64,000 nucleotides of DNA, taken from positions 36,644,001 through 36,708,000 of the forward strand of contig CM052817.1 of the NCBI GenBank assembly GCA_028534125.1, in the 5' to 3' direction. Origin of the DNA: Lama glama. Taxonomy: Eukaryota. Each line of letters begins with the position of its first letter. Within the stretch, counting starts at the first letter, position 1. The notes under the pieces were generated by a model. That model saw only the letters and a list, made by a program, of their open reading frames with translations. It had not been told where the DNA came from and did not search any database. Positions 14,629 to 29,413 of the stretch are shown here, piece by piece. A program made the position numbers and the translations under genes.

Positions 14629-14757
14629 GGGAGGAGGGTATAGCTCAGGGGTACAGCATGTGCTTAGCATGCACAAGATCCTTGGGTTCAATCCCTGGTA
14701 CTGCCAGTAAAAAGAATAACTAAGTAAACCAAATTACCTGCCCACTTCAAAAAAAAA
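14629..14757 (+). mobile_element. tRNA-derived SINE (camelid Vic-1-like)
   Basis: gggtatagctcag A-box, gggttcaatccc B-box and A-rich tail. Confidence 0.8.
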
Positions 14758-15491
14758 TTTTTTTAAGGACAGCCAAAACTGTATGTGTGTGAAGATCCAA
14801 TACTCTCAATGCACTTAGAGTGGGCTCAAGAGATTCTATATGTTGCCAAACTGGGTCTTAATCAGTAAAATTATTTCCATTCCTGACTTTAATCAAACAG
14901 CAACAGTAATTAGGGATCCTCGTGTATAAAGCCCCATTAATTTCTGTTACGATGATCAGATTCTTTCCTAACTCCTTTCTGAAAGGCATGGAAGCCTGAT
15001 ACTGACTACTTTACCTGTTTTTAACATCATATTTGAGGACTTTGGAAAAAGACTGAAAATTCCTGTATTGGTTTGAGCTTCTCCCAGACTATTAGAAACC
15101 TTGTTTTCTCCCCTTAGAAAATAAGCTGAAGTTTGACATATATGGTGATAATATTTAATAGGAATAAAAATGTAGACAAATGGTCTCTGAAATGCTCTGC
15201 ATTTGGTGCTCAGAAGACCTCAGTCTTTGGAACAGAGTTGGTTTATGATAGCTGTTCTTCTATATCTTACTACTTTAGGGCTGTATCTTAACCATTAGCA
15301 TTTCAGAATGCATGGTCATCTTTGCATTGGTGGGTCAATGTTTCTGGGAAAGAGAATGAATTCTTGTTTAAAAAAATTATCATTTAAAAAAACTACTTTT
15401 AAACAGTTGGTAGTTAAGTAGCATCTATGAAGATTTCTTTAGAAGGCAGTGATACCTGATAAATTTTTCTTCTTAATTTCATGTATACTTA

Positions 15492-16140
<649 letters not shown>

Positions 16141-16153
16141 GACTTGGCAAGTG

Positions 16154-16240
16154 GAGACATGGTTGTGGAGAGCTGACCCATGGTCCTGTTAAAGCTGATG
16201 AATTTGAAGAGCTGTAAAAGAGAGGGAAGGGATACACAGA
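16154..16240 (-). repeat. Partial duplicate of PKD2 exon-8 start plus its splice acceptor (direct repeat of 15617-15701)
   Basis: 87 nt vs 85 nt, with 3 substitutions and one 2-nt indel; acceptor ttttacag| intact (AG at 16213-16212). Confidence 0.93.
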
Positions 16241-17277
16241 AAAGAAAAAAAGGAAAATATCTCTTTTTTTTTTTTCCAATTCCAGCAGCTTCTATTTTCT
16301 CATTCACAAAGTATTTGCTGAGGGACTACCATGCGCCAGGCACTGTTCTTGGAGCTGGGAATACAGCAGGGGACAGAGCAAAGCTTCTGCTCCTGTCACT
16401 TATACTTTACATGATGAGTTAAAATACAGTGAAAACAGATCTGGTTATAATTAAAATGACCAGAGATATTTTTCCCCAAGAAAGATTAAAATAAAAGAGA
16501 GAGGAAAAAAACCCCACAAATGAACACTAGTTTAAAATAACTCCAGGAAAATACTTATTACATATTATTAATTAATTACTGATTATTAAGTGTCATTTAT
16601 TGTGCTTTGACCATGTACCAGGCTGATGTACACTGTGATGACTGAAATACTGGTATTCTATTGGAGGAGTCAGCCAGGGCTCGGAGCGGGGATTTGAACC
16701 CCGCTCTGTCTGACTGCAAAGCCACAGAGTGTACTTCCATAGACGAGGCACGAAGGACGGCTGCCCAGGTGTGCAGTTCCAGCCCGGAGAGCACGTAACC
16801 TGCACAGCTCTAGCAAGAAGCCTTGGTGGAAGCACGTGGGGAGATGTGTTATAAGCTGAGTTCCCCTCCCTGCCTTAAGAGAACTTAATGGTTCCTGATG
16901 TTTAGGGGGCAAGATATTTATAAGGGAAGCACTAAATAAGACACCCAGCCTGGGGCACACATGGAAAGGAAATCTCCAGAATTTTACTTAAAGACCTCTC
17001 TAAACTGTTTCTGGCCACAACAAATTGTGTTTGACAGTTGTTGTAATTGCATTACTTAATACCATTCCTAGCAATATTTCTGTAAGATCTTGATTATTAC
17101 GACTGTTTTGTGATAAAGGTTTGGCACACTAGTGAGGGTTTCTCCTGAAGAAACATGTGACTGAATAAACAGCACGAGAGATACAGAATGAGGTCTATGC
17201 CCTCTGATAAATCCCAGGCTTTCCCACTGTGAATACTACATCAAAAAAATAAATAACTGTTGGAAAGGACCTTCTAG

Positions 17278-17494
17278 ACTGGTGCTGTTCAACAGAACTT
17301 TCTGTGATGATGGAAATGCTCTCTGTATTTCCACTGTCTAATAGAGTAGCCACTGGCCACGTAAAGCACTGAGTACTTAAAATGTGGCCAGAGTGGCTGA
17401 GGAACTGAATGTTTCACTGCATGTAATTTTAATGAATTCAAATTAAAATCTAAATAGCCACTTGTGGCTCGTGGCTACTATCTGGATGGTACAG
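17278..17494. mobile_element. MER3-like hAT-Charlie element
   Basis: gtgctgttcaacagaactttctgtgatgatggaaatg...agccacttgtggctcgtggctac motifs. Confidence 0.75.
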
Positions 17495-18123
17495 TCATAG
17501 AGCTTAACTTGGGACAGGCTGGTAGCTGCCTCAGAATTACTGAAATTTCCTGCATCGCCAGAATTGAGGCTCATTGTGTATGAAATGACCTAAGCTTTCA
17601 CATACATGGAAATGCACATGACGTCTTGGGAAAAGAAGGAAATGAGTCATTAAGGTACTGCTCAGAAGAGCTGTTTGTCCCAATCTCAATTCCAGGTAAA
17701 GCTTCCCTATGGCTTCCACCTGGAAAAGAGGCAATCCTTCCAGACAAGGTTTCCAGTGCAGTGTCTCTCTCTTTCCCTTCTTTCTCTTGGTTCCAATTCC
17801 GTCACCTGGTCACCCCACGTCCAGTGAAACTCGAACCTGTCTCTGTGTCAGTGTAGCCAGGGGCCCCAGGCCCAGCTGACACCCTGAAAAGATCTCTTAA
17901 TGCATCTGTTGAAGGAAACCTGCAAAGACAGGTCTAGCAAGAGTGCAGGCAACGGGGAGTCTGCTTCTCAGTGAGATGAACGGTCACATGAGTCCTGCTG
18001 GTTTACTTTACTTATAAAACCTGGAGCAGCTCGTGCTGGCTCCTTAAATTTGGCCACAAAAATAAATTCAGGTCCTTCAGCCTTTTGTGTGCCTCAGGTT
18101 AATAAAAGAAGAAAAAGATATTA

Positions 18124-18357
<234 letters not shown>

Positions 18358-20610
18358 TTAGAAATATATAACTTACCTTAAAACACCTAGTTTATTTTTC
18401 TTCACCAATGTATTCATTCTAGGGCTCACCATTCTACCCAACCAATGGCATTTATAACAGTCACTTACACGGAAGGAAAGCGTTGAGCACTGCTGTAAAA
18501 TATATTGCTTGCACTTCCTGAGTTAGGAATAGATAGATATTCAGTGAGTGCACGTGTGTACACATGTGCATATGCACACATTCAAGAGACGTCGCTATGT
18601 TACAAAATAAAACTCAAGCAGGAATGCCTTGTTTTTAATGCTACCCTCATTTAAATCACTTTCCACCCATCTGCTTTTCTCAGCCTTCATCTTGCTTTCT
18701 GTTATTGTTTTTTTCCCACTTTCTAGCCATCTATTCTTTTCTTTATTCAATAAATACAAAACACTGTGCTAGACATCAAGAGGAAAAAACAGAAGTAAAA
18801 ACTCCAAACCTTGTCCTTGGAAAACTTATGCTCTGGTTCAAGAGCAGATAAACACACAGAGACAAATAATACAAAAACCTTCTAAGGAGTTGGCAGCGCA
18901 CAACACAGGTGCAGGGTGCAACAAGATGTATTAAAAGGAGTGCTCCTAAGAGGGAAGGATGAGGTTGGTCTGAAAGGCTGGTGGGAATGCTTGGCACAGA
19001 GGGCTCGAGAAGGCTTGCGGTGGGAACGTGTGAGCCCAGGCTTTGCCTCTTGCTTGTTTCTGCCCCGTAATTCATGACCGTATAACTTTCACGTCTGCTT
19101 CTGGGCTATAAAATCAGATCCGAGGGGAACACTGGGCGCTACTTGCATCCGTCACCACTGGATTAGCGGGTATGTGTGGAACGTGCTAGGGCTTAACTGT
19201 AGCCACGTTGCCCTCATGTGGGGTCTGAATCCACAGCAGGTGGGCTGTGGTAGGTGCTGTGACCTTTGCTGTCCATCCTCTCTCTCTTCTCAGGGAAGAA
19301 GGTCAGAGGCCACTTCATTAGCCCTTCTTGAGATGGCTGTCCTGGTGACTGTCAGAGCAGAGACCTGCCTGGCTGCCAACCACAGCTGAAAAAGCCAACC
19401 TCACCACCTCCCTTTTCTTCTTTGTGTAGGATTCCCAGACCTAACCTTGTATTTTTGTGCTGGGGGTGGGAATATTCCCTTTGAGCTCTCTGGAATATAC
19501 TGAAAATGTTTATCTAATGGACTTCACTGAGAGAAAAGGGCTGATGGACTAAATCCAACAATAACCCTTCACCCAATTCTCATTAGGTACCCTTGTTTTT
19601 GCTTAGCGCAGGGCAAATGTTTATAAAAATATGGAATATATGGTCAATTTATACAATATCAATACCATATTAATATACTAAATTTTCCTTGAGGATTTTC
19701 CTTCAAAATAGAGAATGAGAGAGAAGAGAGGAAAAAAGAGATTTTTTTGAGCATTTGGGTTGTTACTTCTCTAAATTTCCTTTGGGTTTTGCATCCCTAT
19801 CTACAAAAAGAACTTTCTTTCCTTGACATAAGCTTCATGAAGGCAGGGATTTGGTTGTTTTGTTCATCCCTATATCCCCAGTGCCTAGAACAATGCCAGG
19901 CACATAGTAGGTGCTCAAAAAAGATTTGTTAGGTAAATGAATTACTCATTTTCACCCTGTGAAATCTACCAACCAACAAAATTATTTGAATTTAGATTTC
20001 CTCACAGCTAGTTTTGAAAGACTATTGCTTAGGACAAATGGTTGATTTGAAGTAAGCCCATAATTGCAAAGTGATTCTGAGATGTTATATTTATATTTAG
20101 GGTATACTTTCTTTTCAAGTTTCAGGTGTACTTCAGCCTCAGTTCTTTTCATAGGGCTGAAGGTCTAGCGGAGCGTTGGGGTTATTTGGGGGGATGTGCA
20201 GGAAGCACGTCCTATTTCTACAGGGTCAGAGAAGGCTTCAGAGGAGAAGTGGGACTCCTGTAGCTGTTCCTTGTTCTGATGACAGCAGACTGTCTGAATT
20301 GTTGTCTTGGCAGCACTAAGAGTTAAAAAAAAATAAGAAAAGTAGCAGAGTGAAGCAAGTTTTCAAAGAAATACTTGCAAAATTCTGTGGCTGCTGGGCT
20401 AAGAAACTTCCTCAATTTCCACACCATCAGCTATTTTTCCAGCGATCTTCAAAGTGGGTACAAGGCAATTCACTGGGGTGTGGGAAGAAAATACTAAAAC
20501 TTCTAGCCAGGTGATAAGAAACTGTTAGAATTCTATTTGTATTTATTTTTATCCCAATATTTCAAATTCTATGTTGGATATGTTTTCATAAATGTACCTA
20601 TTACACCACT

Positions 20611-20632
20611 ACACACACACACACACACACAC
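20611..20632. repeat. (AC)11 microsatellite
   Basis: Perfect AC run. Confidence 0.95.
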
Positions 20633-21292
20633 TTTATAAATAAAAATACATTAGGGTTTGTCATCAAAGTTTTCACTGATGTATGTACGTAATCAAAGAA
20701 GTTGAATGCCACTGACTAGTCTTTTGTTGACACTGAAGGTATTTGCTTAAGAAAGGGGAAAACTTACTAATTAGCATAATATCACCCTCACCTTTTTACC
20801 ACTATTCTCAGTAACCAACATATAAATAAATCCATGTAAACTAAAAAAGCAGGGTTTGTTTCCTTAGGGCTCCAAACAATAATTGTTTCCTAGGATAATT
20901 TTCAATGTATATGGACTGCATTCTGCCATCAAGAGTACAGAAATATTATGAAAAATGATTTCTAGTGTCTCCTTAAATGCTGAAATTCTTCTTAACGCTG
21001 TCTACTGTTAGCACATTGAGAATTTGGGGATCAAGAGTTTAGCTACAGGAACTGTGTGATGTTACACGGCCACCGTGAAAGGAGGATGCACTTCTAACTG
21101 CACCAGGGCCAGAAGGGGTCCCCGCTGTACTCTATAGGAATGCTCGTTTGTATAAAAGTTATTTCTAAAGTACACATGGATGTGGCTAGAGGGGCAGTGT
21201 AGTTAAGAGGGCTATTGTGAGGATTCAGTGAACTTCTGCATAAGAAAAGTACTTGGAACTGTGCTTAGCAGGATAGTTTCTAAATTGTTAGC

Positions 21293-21333
<41 letters not shown>
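21293..21333. repeat. (ATT)n microsatellite at the end of a MIR fragment
   Basis: About 13 perfect units. Confidence 0.95.
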
Positions 21334-21334
<1 letters not shown>

Positions 21335-21796
21335 TGCTCCTATTAATATTGTTACTGCCATGCAGTATACATGTATATAGTGTTTATGTTCTTATTCTTT
21401 TACTTACATATGAGTAACATATTTTCTATGTTTAATAACATATAAAACAAATTAAATAACATGTTTTCTACATTTTACCAACCAATTCTAGTGATGATTT
21501 GATAATGATTTGATGTCAGTGCTTCACAAAGCCAAATGAATTTTTGGTTAGGGGAAAAGAATATTGGTCAAGAAGGAGGATAATAGAAGACAGAGTGCCC
21601 AAAGAGTAATGCCCCACTTACTAAGATTTCAGAGGGGCAGCTCTGTCATTGGACAGTGGAAAGGATGGTGGACTTTTAAGCTGTAACAATTAAGCATGCC
21701 ATTATAAGCTTATATGCTTAATTTTTTAAATGATTAACTCATGCTAATTAATGGTCTCTTAGGATACAAAGCTATTACAATTTATCCAACTTCATA

Positions 21797-21917
21797 ATTT
21801 TTTTTTGGTGGGGGAAGGTAATTAAGTTTATTTATTTTTAGAGGAGGTACTGGGGATTGAACCCAGGACCTCATGCACGCTAAGCACACGCTCTACCACT
21901 TGAGCTACACCCTCCCC
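21797..21917 (-). mobile_element. tRNA-derived SINE (Vic-1-like)
   Basis: gtactggggattgaacccaggacctc...ctctaccacttgagctacaccctcccc, with a polyT tail on the left. Confidence 0.85.
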
Positions 21918-22160
21918 ACCTAATATGCTTATATGCTTAAATGCAAAAGATACTGTGTTATTGCCAAAGGTAGAAAAGCTTGCAAAAACACATTTTTACA
22001 CTGAGACCTCTGGGAGGAAATGATTAAGATGATGCTGAAGAGAAACCGTCTTGAACAGGTGTTGGAAGTTATCATAGAGTCACGGGCAGGCAGCGAGGTG
22101 GCACAGTCTTAACTTGATCATAACTCTGCTTTACGAGTTTCTTATACCTCATATAGAAAC

Positions 22161-22213
22161 CTCCCTGCAGTTTAAAATTTCCTGCAAATAGTGCTATTTT
22201 AAACTGCAGGGAG
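22161..22213. repeat. Perfect 18-bp inverted repeat with 17-nt spacer
   Basis: ctccctgcagtttaaaat (22161-22178) / attttaaactgcagggag (22196-22213). Confidence 0.92.
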
Positions 22214-22608
22214 CTGCCACCTCCAATATTTTTTGGATCTTTTTTTTTTTTTTGGCCATAACTTTACATGTGTGCAGAAAAACATAAACTGATTTTTGTT
22301 AGCAGTTGAAGAAAAGTATCATTAGCAAAGAACAGAATAAACAGAACATTATTGTCTCCCCCACTTCTCAAATGGCATGCCCAAGCCAAACGCGATCTCC
22401 TAAGTTATTCTTGTTATTAGTGTGGCTAAGTGAGAGCTTACTGTGAATGCCACCCCCCACTTCCATATTCATAAGAGTTATTCACGCAAAATGAGAAAAT
22501 AATTAGTAACACTGAAGTTGGTATCATAAAGGAGAACCTTCAGATTCCCCTTCAGGACTATCAAGACCCACAACACCGAGGAGAGCAAAGACTAACTAAC
22601 ATGTTTTA

Positions 22609-23091
<483 letters not shown>

Positions 23092-25284
23092 TCAGACCAG
23101 AGATTATTTCTCCTCAGTATCCAGTTTAACTTTCTGGTACGTATACAGTTCAAAATGTTGTGTACTTTTTTTTTAAATAGAAGTTAAGCAACAAATAAGC
23201 CTTTCTAGGACTTCTATTAAATGCAAGTCATTTAGCTGGGCAATGAAGAACATAAGACAGATATGTCATCATTCAAAACATGCACGGTCTGGTTGAGAAG
23301 TAGCATGTCTATTTCATACACATATAAAGATAGGGACTGAGTTTTTCACTCATGTATTTGATAACCCTTAACCAGCTTCAAATAATTTGCCGAGGGGATA
23401 CTTATTGCTACCCTTCCCAGAACCTTACAGTGGACTGGTGCTCAGTAAATGTCTGATTGTCTGAAACAATAAAATGTACGTTTTAACATTCATCCTTTTG
23501 GCACTGATCTTTAGTACTTTACCATAATAGAAGTGAAGCTGCTTCTTGCCAAATTCCCACTTGGAGCTGTCATGCTGAGAAAGTTAAATGATTCACTTAA
23601 GGTACAACTTCCCTATCACACTAGAAATTCAATCTCTAGATCCTTAATTTCAAGACTTTTAAAAGACCTGCAGTCAGCGATTAGGCTTAACTGCCTCTCC
23701 CATCACAGGATGTGTAGCGGCTCCTAGAACCTGAGTGTCTCGGGCTCAAGCATGAGCCATAGTCAAGTACAGGCAGGGACTACGGCAAATGAGTACTGGC
23801 CAAAGAGGCGTGACACGTTTTCCTTCCTCTGCACTATCAGTGTTCTGTTTTCTTCCTATTGGATGTGTTGGAGAGTAGGGGCGAGAGCCACAAACTCAGA
23901 AGAGCAATACTGAGCCTCATGACAGCCTCCATGTGAACTCACGAGGCAGGAAGTGGCTTCTGTGCTGAGTCATTTCTCTCCACCCATCCTGGTTCTGCAT
24001 TGTCATCCCCTCCAGACTGAGACAACAACATAGAGAAATGAAGTAACTGCCTTGACAGAATTCACTCTTCAAGTATGGGGAGGAAGTGAAAGACACACTC
24101 ATCTATACTTTCTATAAACAGGTATTTCCTTAAAATTCAGTCAGAGTTGCCAGCCTGCTTTTAATCTCCTCCTGTTCTCGCTGGAATCACTAGGAAAAGT
24201 TCACTAATAATCGTAATAGATTTTCATTCATTTCTAGTAATAACTACTACTTGATTTAATGTGATACTATTTTCTGCAAAAGTTGTTAGAAATAGGACCT
24301 GGGACAATCCAGTTGGATATGTAATGCAGAGTTGAGCTTAGCCTCAAAAATAATCACAAAATAAGGATATTACAAGAATGTATCCTTCTTATTTGGTGAG
24401 TAAATATATGTGCAATAATTCATGTTGGCAACGTTTGGGTGCTGTCACCATGTTCACCAGGAGGACGAAAGCAGGTGAACTCTGGATCGACCTTGCCTTG
24501 TTCTACTTTATTAATAGCGTATATCACCTTCTATCATGCTATTTAACTAATTTGTTTCTTTTGTTTATTGTTTATCATCTATGATCTCCTCCTGGTTGAA
24601 CACAAGCTCTGCAAGGGCGGGGACCTTTATTCTGTTCACTGATGTGTCCCAGGAGCCTTGAACAGTGCCTGGAATGTATTAAGTGTCCAATAAATGTTTC
24701 CTGAATGAATGAACAAAAGGCCCCAGACAAGGTGGTGGGATCTTTGTCAGTTTCCTCACTATCATGAGTGGTCATAATGGCAATATCAGAATCTGTAGAA
24801 GGAACTTTAGGCACCTTTGGTAAATCCTGAACGTGAGCAGGTACTGGGTATCTTACTTACCCAGGCATAGCCCCTGACTACTGTGCCTGTGTCCTAATAG
24901 CGTGGGCATCATCTGAGAGTAGGAAACTTAGGGAAATGAGTCAAGATTTGACGGCCGAGGGGCTTGGGAATGGAGCATGGAGCACTGGTCAGCCTCATAA
25001 TGGAAAAAGATAGAGGTTAGCAAAACACAGTGGGAAGGTTCCAGCTTTGGGATAAACCAGACTTAAGATTCTTCCCAACTCTTAACATTCAAGGATCCCA
25101 ACTTCCTTCCCACAAGATATCCCTCTGCCAATAAGCTTTTGGTTTTCACCCCTTGTTGCTATTGGCTCTGATCCTTGACATTCTCTTTTAGCCAACTGCA
25201 GGCAATGGTTTTCTGGCCTTTCTCCAGTCTAGGATGTACATACAAACACACAGGAGTGGGGGGATGAGTGCCCCTTGTACACAC

Positions 25285-25509
25285 CTGATCACACAGAACA
25301 GGTTAATGTTGGCGTTGTACACTGAAAAGTCAATAAAAGTTGCCCTGGTTCCTCGGTTCAGCCAGCCATTTTTCTTGAGGTTAGCAACCTGAGCAGCTGT
25401 TTCTTCTCTTGTCCTTGACAAATCCAGGTAGTAGCCAGCTCCACTATACGTTGCAATCATTCCCCAGTGGCTGCTCCCATTCAAGTCTTTTTCACTTGTG
25501 TAGATCCAA
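25285..25509 (-). CDS. PKD2: PKD2 exon 5: [27 protein letters not shown]...[10 protein letters not shown](R) (TOP domain)
   Basis: gattag| acceptor and |gtgtgt donor; 225 nt. Confidence 0.97.
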
Positions 25510-26487
25510 CTAATCAAAAAACAAAACAAAAACAAAACAAACAGGTAAATCAGTGGAACATTTGGGGCACTTACAAAGATAGTTGGTTCCTGGTAAGATA
25601 CAGTGTGTAATAAATAAATATAAGTCTCATCGAGCAGGGTAATGTGCTTGCCGTGACGCTTTGTAAGTGCTTTCTTCCATAATTTTCATACTTATTATCC
25701 CCATTTTAGGAATAAGGGCCCCAAGGCTTAGGTCAACTCAATCTCAAATCTTTTGAAGGGAGAGTCAGGAACCCACACCAGAACTGTCTGTCTCCAGAGG
25801 CCTGAGCTCTTAGCCCTCAGTTGATGTTTGCCTTCCTGGGGTGACTTAGGAATTATGATGATTCTAGGCACCCAAAAAATTGCAGCCAAAAAAGGTACAA
25901 GTTCATCAAGTCACTGTCGGCAACTGAACTAAGTAGGACTCCATACAGCATCTGGGAACATAATCCACCAATATCTACAGAGGCTCTCAGGAACCAGATG
26001 CTTCTCGGGCATTAATAAGGATATAAAGATGAACCAAGATTTTTTCTCTCCCAAAATGATAAGCAGGGAGAGAAAAGTTGTAATTAAATGATGAAAATAA
26101 ACCTTAAGGTAGATGATACAAGAACCAACAGAGATGCACAGAGAAATTACTCGGGCCCATCAGAGGAAAGCTGACCTTCCTTGGAGGTCCAGCCATAGGA
26201 CAGGTGATGCAGAGAAGGCCTGGGAAGAAGCCATGCTAGACCCGGGCTGTGAAAGGCAAGCAGGATTCAGACTTACACAGGTGGCTGGGGAGGGTGTTTG
26301 CAAGCCTGAGCCAGGCAGGGCCAGAGAAGGACAGGGCAGCCGGCAGTGATTTGGGTTGGCTCCCAAATGATGAGAAAAAGAAGGCTGAAAGGCAGACTGT
26401 GGTCAGATGGTGAGGGGCAGGGGAGGTCTCTGGCAGGCACAGAACTGGGTTACTCTGGTGGCTGGGGTGGTGAGAAACAGCGGGCTC

Positions 26488-27052
26488 TGGGGCGGGCAAG
26501 AGTTAACACAGCGGGTGTGAGACCCCTCTTCCTTCACAAGCCTGCTCGCAAGGTTGGACCTTGGCTGACGTCTGGAACTTGAGTGATGAATGACTCCCTA
26601 CACTGATATCAAACTTTCTGTACGTAGAAAGAGTGGCTCACTGTGCAGATGCTGTCGGTACAAACCAAGTGGCCTATGCCAAATGCCTGCTTCCCCCCAG
26701 GGGTTTGAGATCTGGGGACGTGCTAGGCAGAAGCTGCCTGTGTGACCAGCACTAGTAGGCACTCTGGTCTCTGATGAGCTTCTCAGACGTTTTCTACATG
26801 TTGTCACAACTTGTTATGGGGGGGATGAAGCCCGTCCTGTGTGGCTCGCTGGGAGAAGACTTCAGGAAGCTGGCACTTGGTTTTCTGCAGGCTTTGCCCC
26901 ATGTGCCTGTCCCTTTGTAGCTTCTTGCACATATCCTTTCTCTGCAATAAAACTTAGCCATGAATATATGCTGAATCCTTCTAGCAAATATATATATGTG
27001 AGCCCTTCTAGCAAATTACTGAACCTAGGGGTGGTCCTGGGGCCGCTGATAC
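26488..27052 (+). mobile_element. Solo LTR, MER68-like (ERVL-related)
   Basis: aagagttaacacagc...gcaaggttggaccttggctg...aataaa...gaacctaggggtggtcctgggg...aca, matching my recollection of MER68. Confidence 0.75.
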
Positions 27053-29162
27053 AGCTGGTTAGCTGTCCCTGCAAAAACTGAGGGTTTGGGGCATATTGAA
27101 TTATGGGAGCTGCTGGGACAGATGGTCAGCAGACAGACCTGTCTTCTATCACTGGAACGTAAGCTCTGCTAAGACAGAGGGTTTGCACCTGTTTTGTCTC
27201 CTGCTGTGTTGTCACTCCGGCCAGCACCATTTCTAGAAAAGGGAGACCTCACTGGGAACATGCCCACATGCTACTGCGTTAGCGCAGTGTATTTGTTGAA
27301 GAAGTGATGAATCGTCAAACAGAGACGAGAGTGTAAGCCATCTGAACGTCAAGGGAAAGAGTATAAAGAAAGAAAAGAGAGAGATCTGACTATGGAACCT
27401 GGGCATGAGAGAGAAGGGGGATGCAGAAATCGGAGAAAGCAAAGCTAAGTGTCACTCACCAAAGTCAAAAGAACAAGCAGTCAACACAGCTGCATCCTGC
27501 AGAGAGGTTGTGGGAGATGGCGACCAGGGAACTGGCCGAGTGAACAGACCCGCTGGTGGCTTCCAAGAGAGGTGTCCAAAGCGAGGGCTTAAGTTTTAAG
27601 GGGTGGATCAATGGTATGGAAAAGAGAAGACTATTCTTTTGATAAGTTTGGAATTGAAGGGAAGGAGAAATGGGAGTAACACAGTCTCCGCAGGACCAGG
27701 ACGGTTTTGACACATAGAAGAAGGACCCCTTCAGAAGCCCACTCCGCAGTGGAAAGCACTTGTTCATCACGCATCCATCCAGTGTCTTCTGGACATCTGT
27801 ATGTTCCAGGCACTGCTCAAGGCTTTGGGAATGCAGCAGTGAACAAAACAGAGTCCCTGCCTGCAAGAAGCTTGAACACTGATGGGGAGATGAAGGCAGC
27901 AAGATGGTACCTTAACACCTTCATTAATACGGAAGAAGCAATGTGGTGTCTTAGAATAAACATGGGTTTTGGAGTCAGGCTGGTTAAATCCCAGCTTGGT
28001 TCCATTTACTAGTGGTGATCTTTGGGTAAGTAAGCCTCCATTTTTCCTTCTATGAAATGGAGATGATACCTGTTTCAGAGTGGTCCTGTGAAAAGCAGAT
28101 GAGATAATGTATGGATTCACTTCTTAACTAGCATGAAGTAGAGGCTGCTTAAATCTCTCTTATCAATGACATGTGTTAAAGTAAAATATGAGACAAGGCA
28201 CCAGAGTTTAACTGTATGCTTTTGCATTGCAGGAACCAGAAAAATGAGCACCAGAGAGCAATCACCATGACAGTCTGGAAAAAGTGTCTTTTGGGATTCA
28301 GTCTAAATCTGATGCTGACTGTTTGCTGTGGGTCCTAGTTCTAAAGAGGGTGTGTGCTGGGTGATAGACAAGGAATCTGGTTATGAAAAAGGGGTTTGCC
28401 TCCATCATGTGTAAACTAATCTGGATTCTGGTATCTCATTTCCCAAGAAAGGGATCCAGATGAACTGGCAGAATTAGCTTAATCAAACTTAAAAGACAGT
28501 TCTAATCACAGTGGCTCACCCTTGGCCAGTGCCCCAAGAGGTCCACCATGGGACAGTCCGTGAGCTCCTCTCATTTTTTATAATAACCACAGTAATTCTA
28601 GAAATAATGACTGTCCTCCCCTAATACACAAGACGTTTTGAGTATGGTTACCAAAGAGCACTAAAAATCCCTGCAAATATGCACAACAGAGATACATACT
28701 CAAAATCATAAACAGACATTTGAGAAGGAGAGGCTTTAAACCAGACAGAAAAACTGCAAGTGTAAGCTTACTATACACTTTAATTGTACTCTGAACAAAA
28801 ACTTATTTCTAAGAGTTAATAAAAAAGATTTTCTGTACCAGAAAATGTCCTAGTAACAACTGAATGAACCGTGTTATTGGATCTATAAAAACAGGATCCA
28901 GGTATTTTAGAAAAACCTCCGAAGGCCCAAGTAGCTTCTTTCCTATGGGTCATATGGTCAACCATTTAGTCGTTGGAAAAACACGTATGCAGAAGCTACA
29001 AGGGCGTAAAGAGTACAGAAAACTTGAGAAACCAAAGTTTGGCCATAGCCTTAAGGGTAAGCATTGAAGGCATCTTCTCCTTGGTGAAGGGGTTAGAGAC
29101 TGAATGAATGAATGAATGTCCGTGGGAGGCCAGGGCCCGTGGCCTGAGCCACAGACACTTAC

Positions 29163-29413
29163 GCGGTTCCATTTCTTGGGCCAAATGGAGCCCTGTCTTC
29201 ACTGCTGACAGAGTAGACGTCGTAGCACTCGGTAATCTCGTCTCTCAAGTCCTGGGGAATGGAACAGGACCCGTTTCTGACTCTGAGCTGCCGTACCCGC
29301 GGGACCCCCAACAGGAGGTTCTCGCAGTAGATGAAGCTCCGGTTGTCGGCTTCGGTTCTGTTGCTGGGCTGCGCCTTCCAGTACAGCCCATCCAATAAGG
29401 CGCCTTCTGTGAA
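29163..29413 (-). CDS. PKD2: PKD2 exon 4: [83 protein letters not shown](A)
   Basis: tttcag| acceptor and |gtaagt donor; 251 nt. Confidence 0.97.

Noticed and set aside
14629..14710. tRNA-like A/B boxes (also at the other SINE copies)
   Set aside because: These are SINE heads with tails and TSDs, not cloverleaf tRNA genes
21707..21940. 14-bp direct repeat gcttatatgcttaa around a SINE plus ~75 extra bp, resembling a 3' transduction
   Set aside because: The repeat is not flush with the SINE head and lies in locally repetitive AT-rich sequence; the evidence is insufficient
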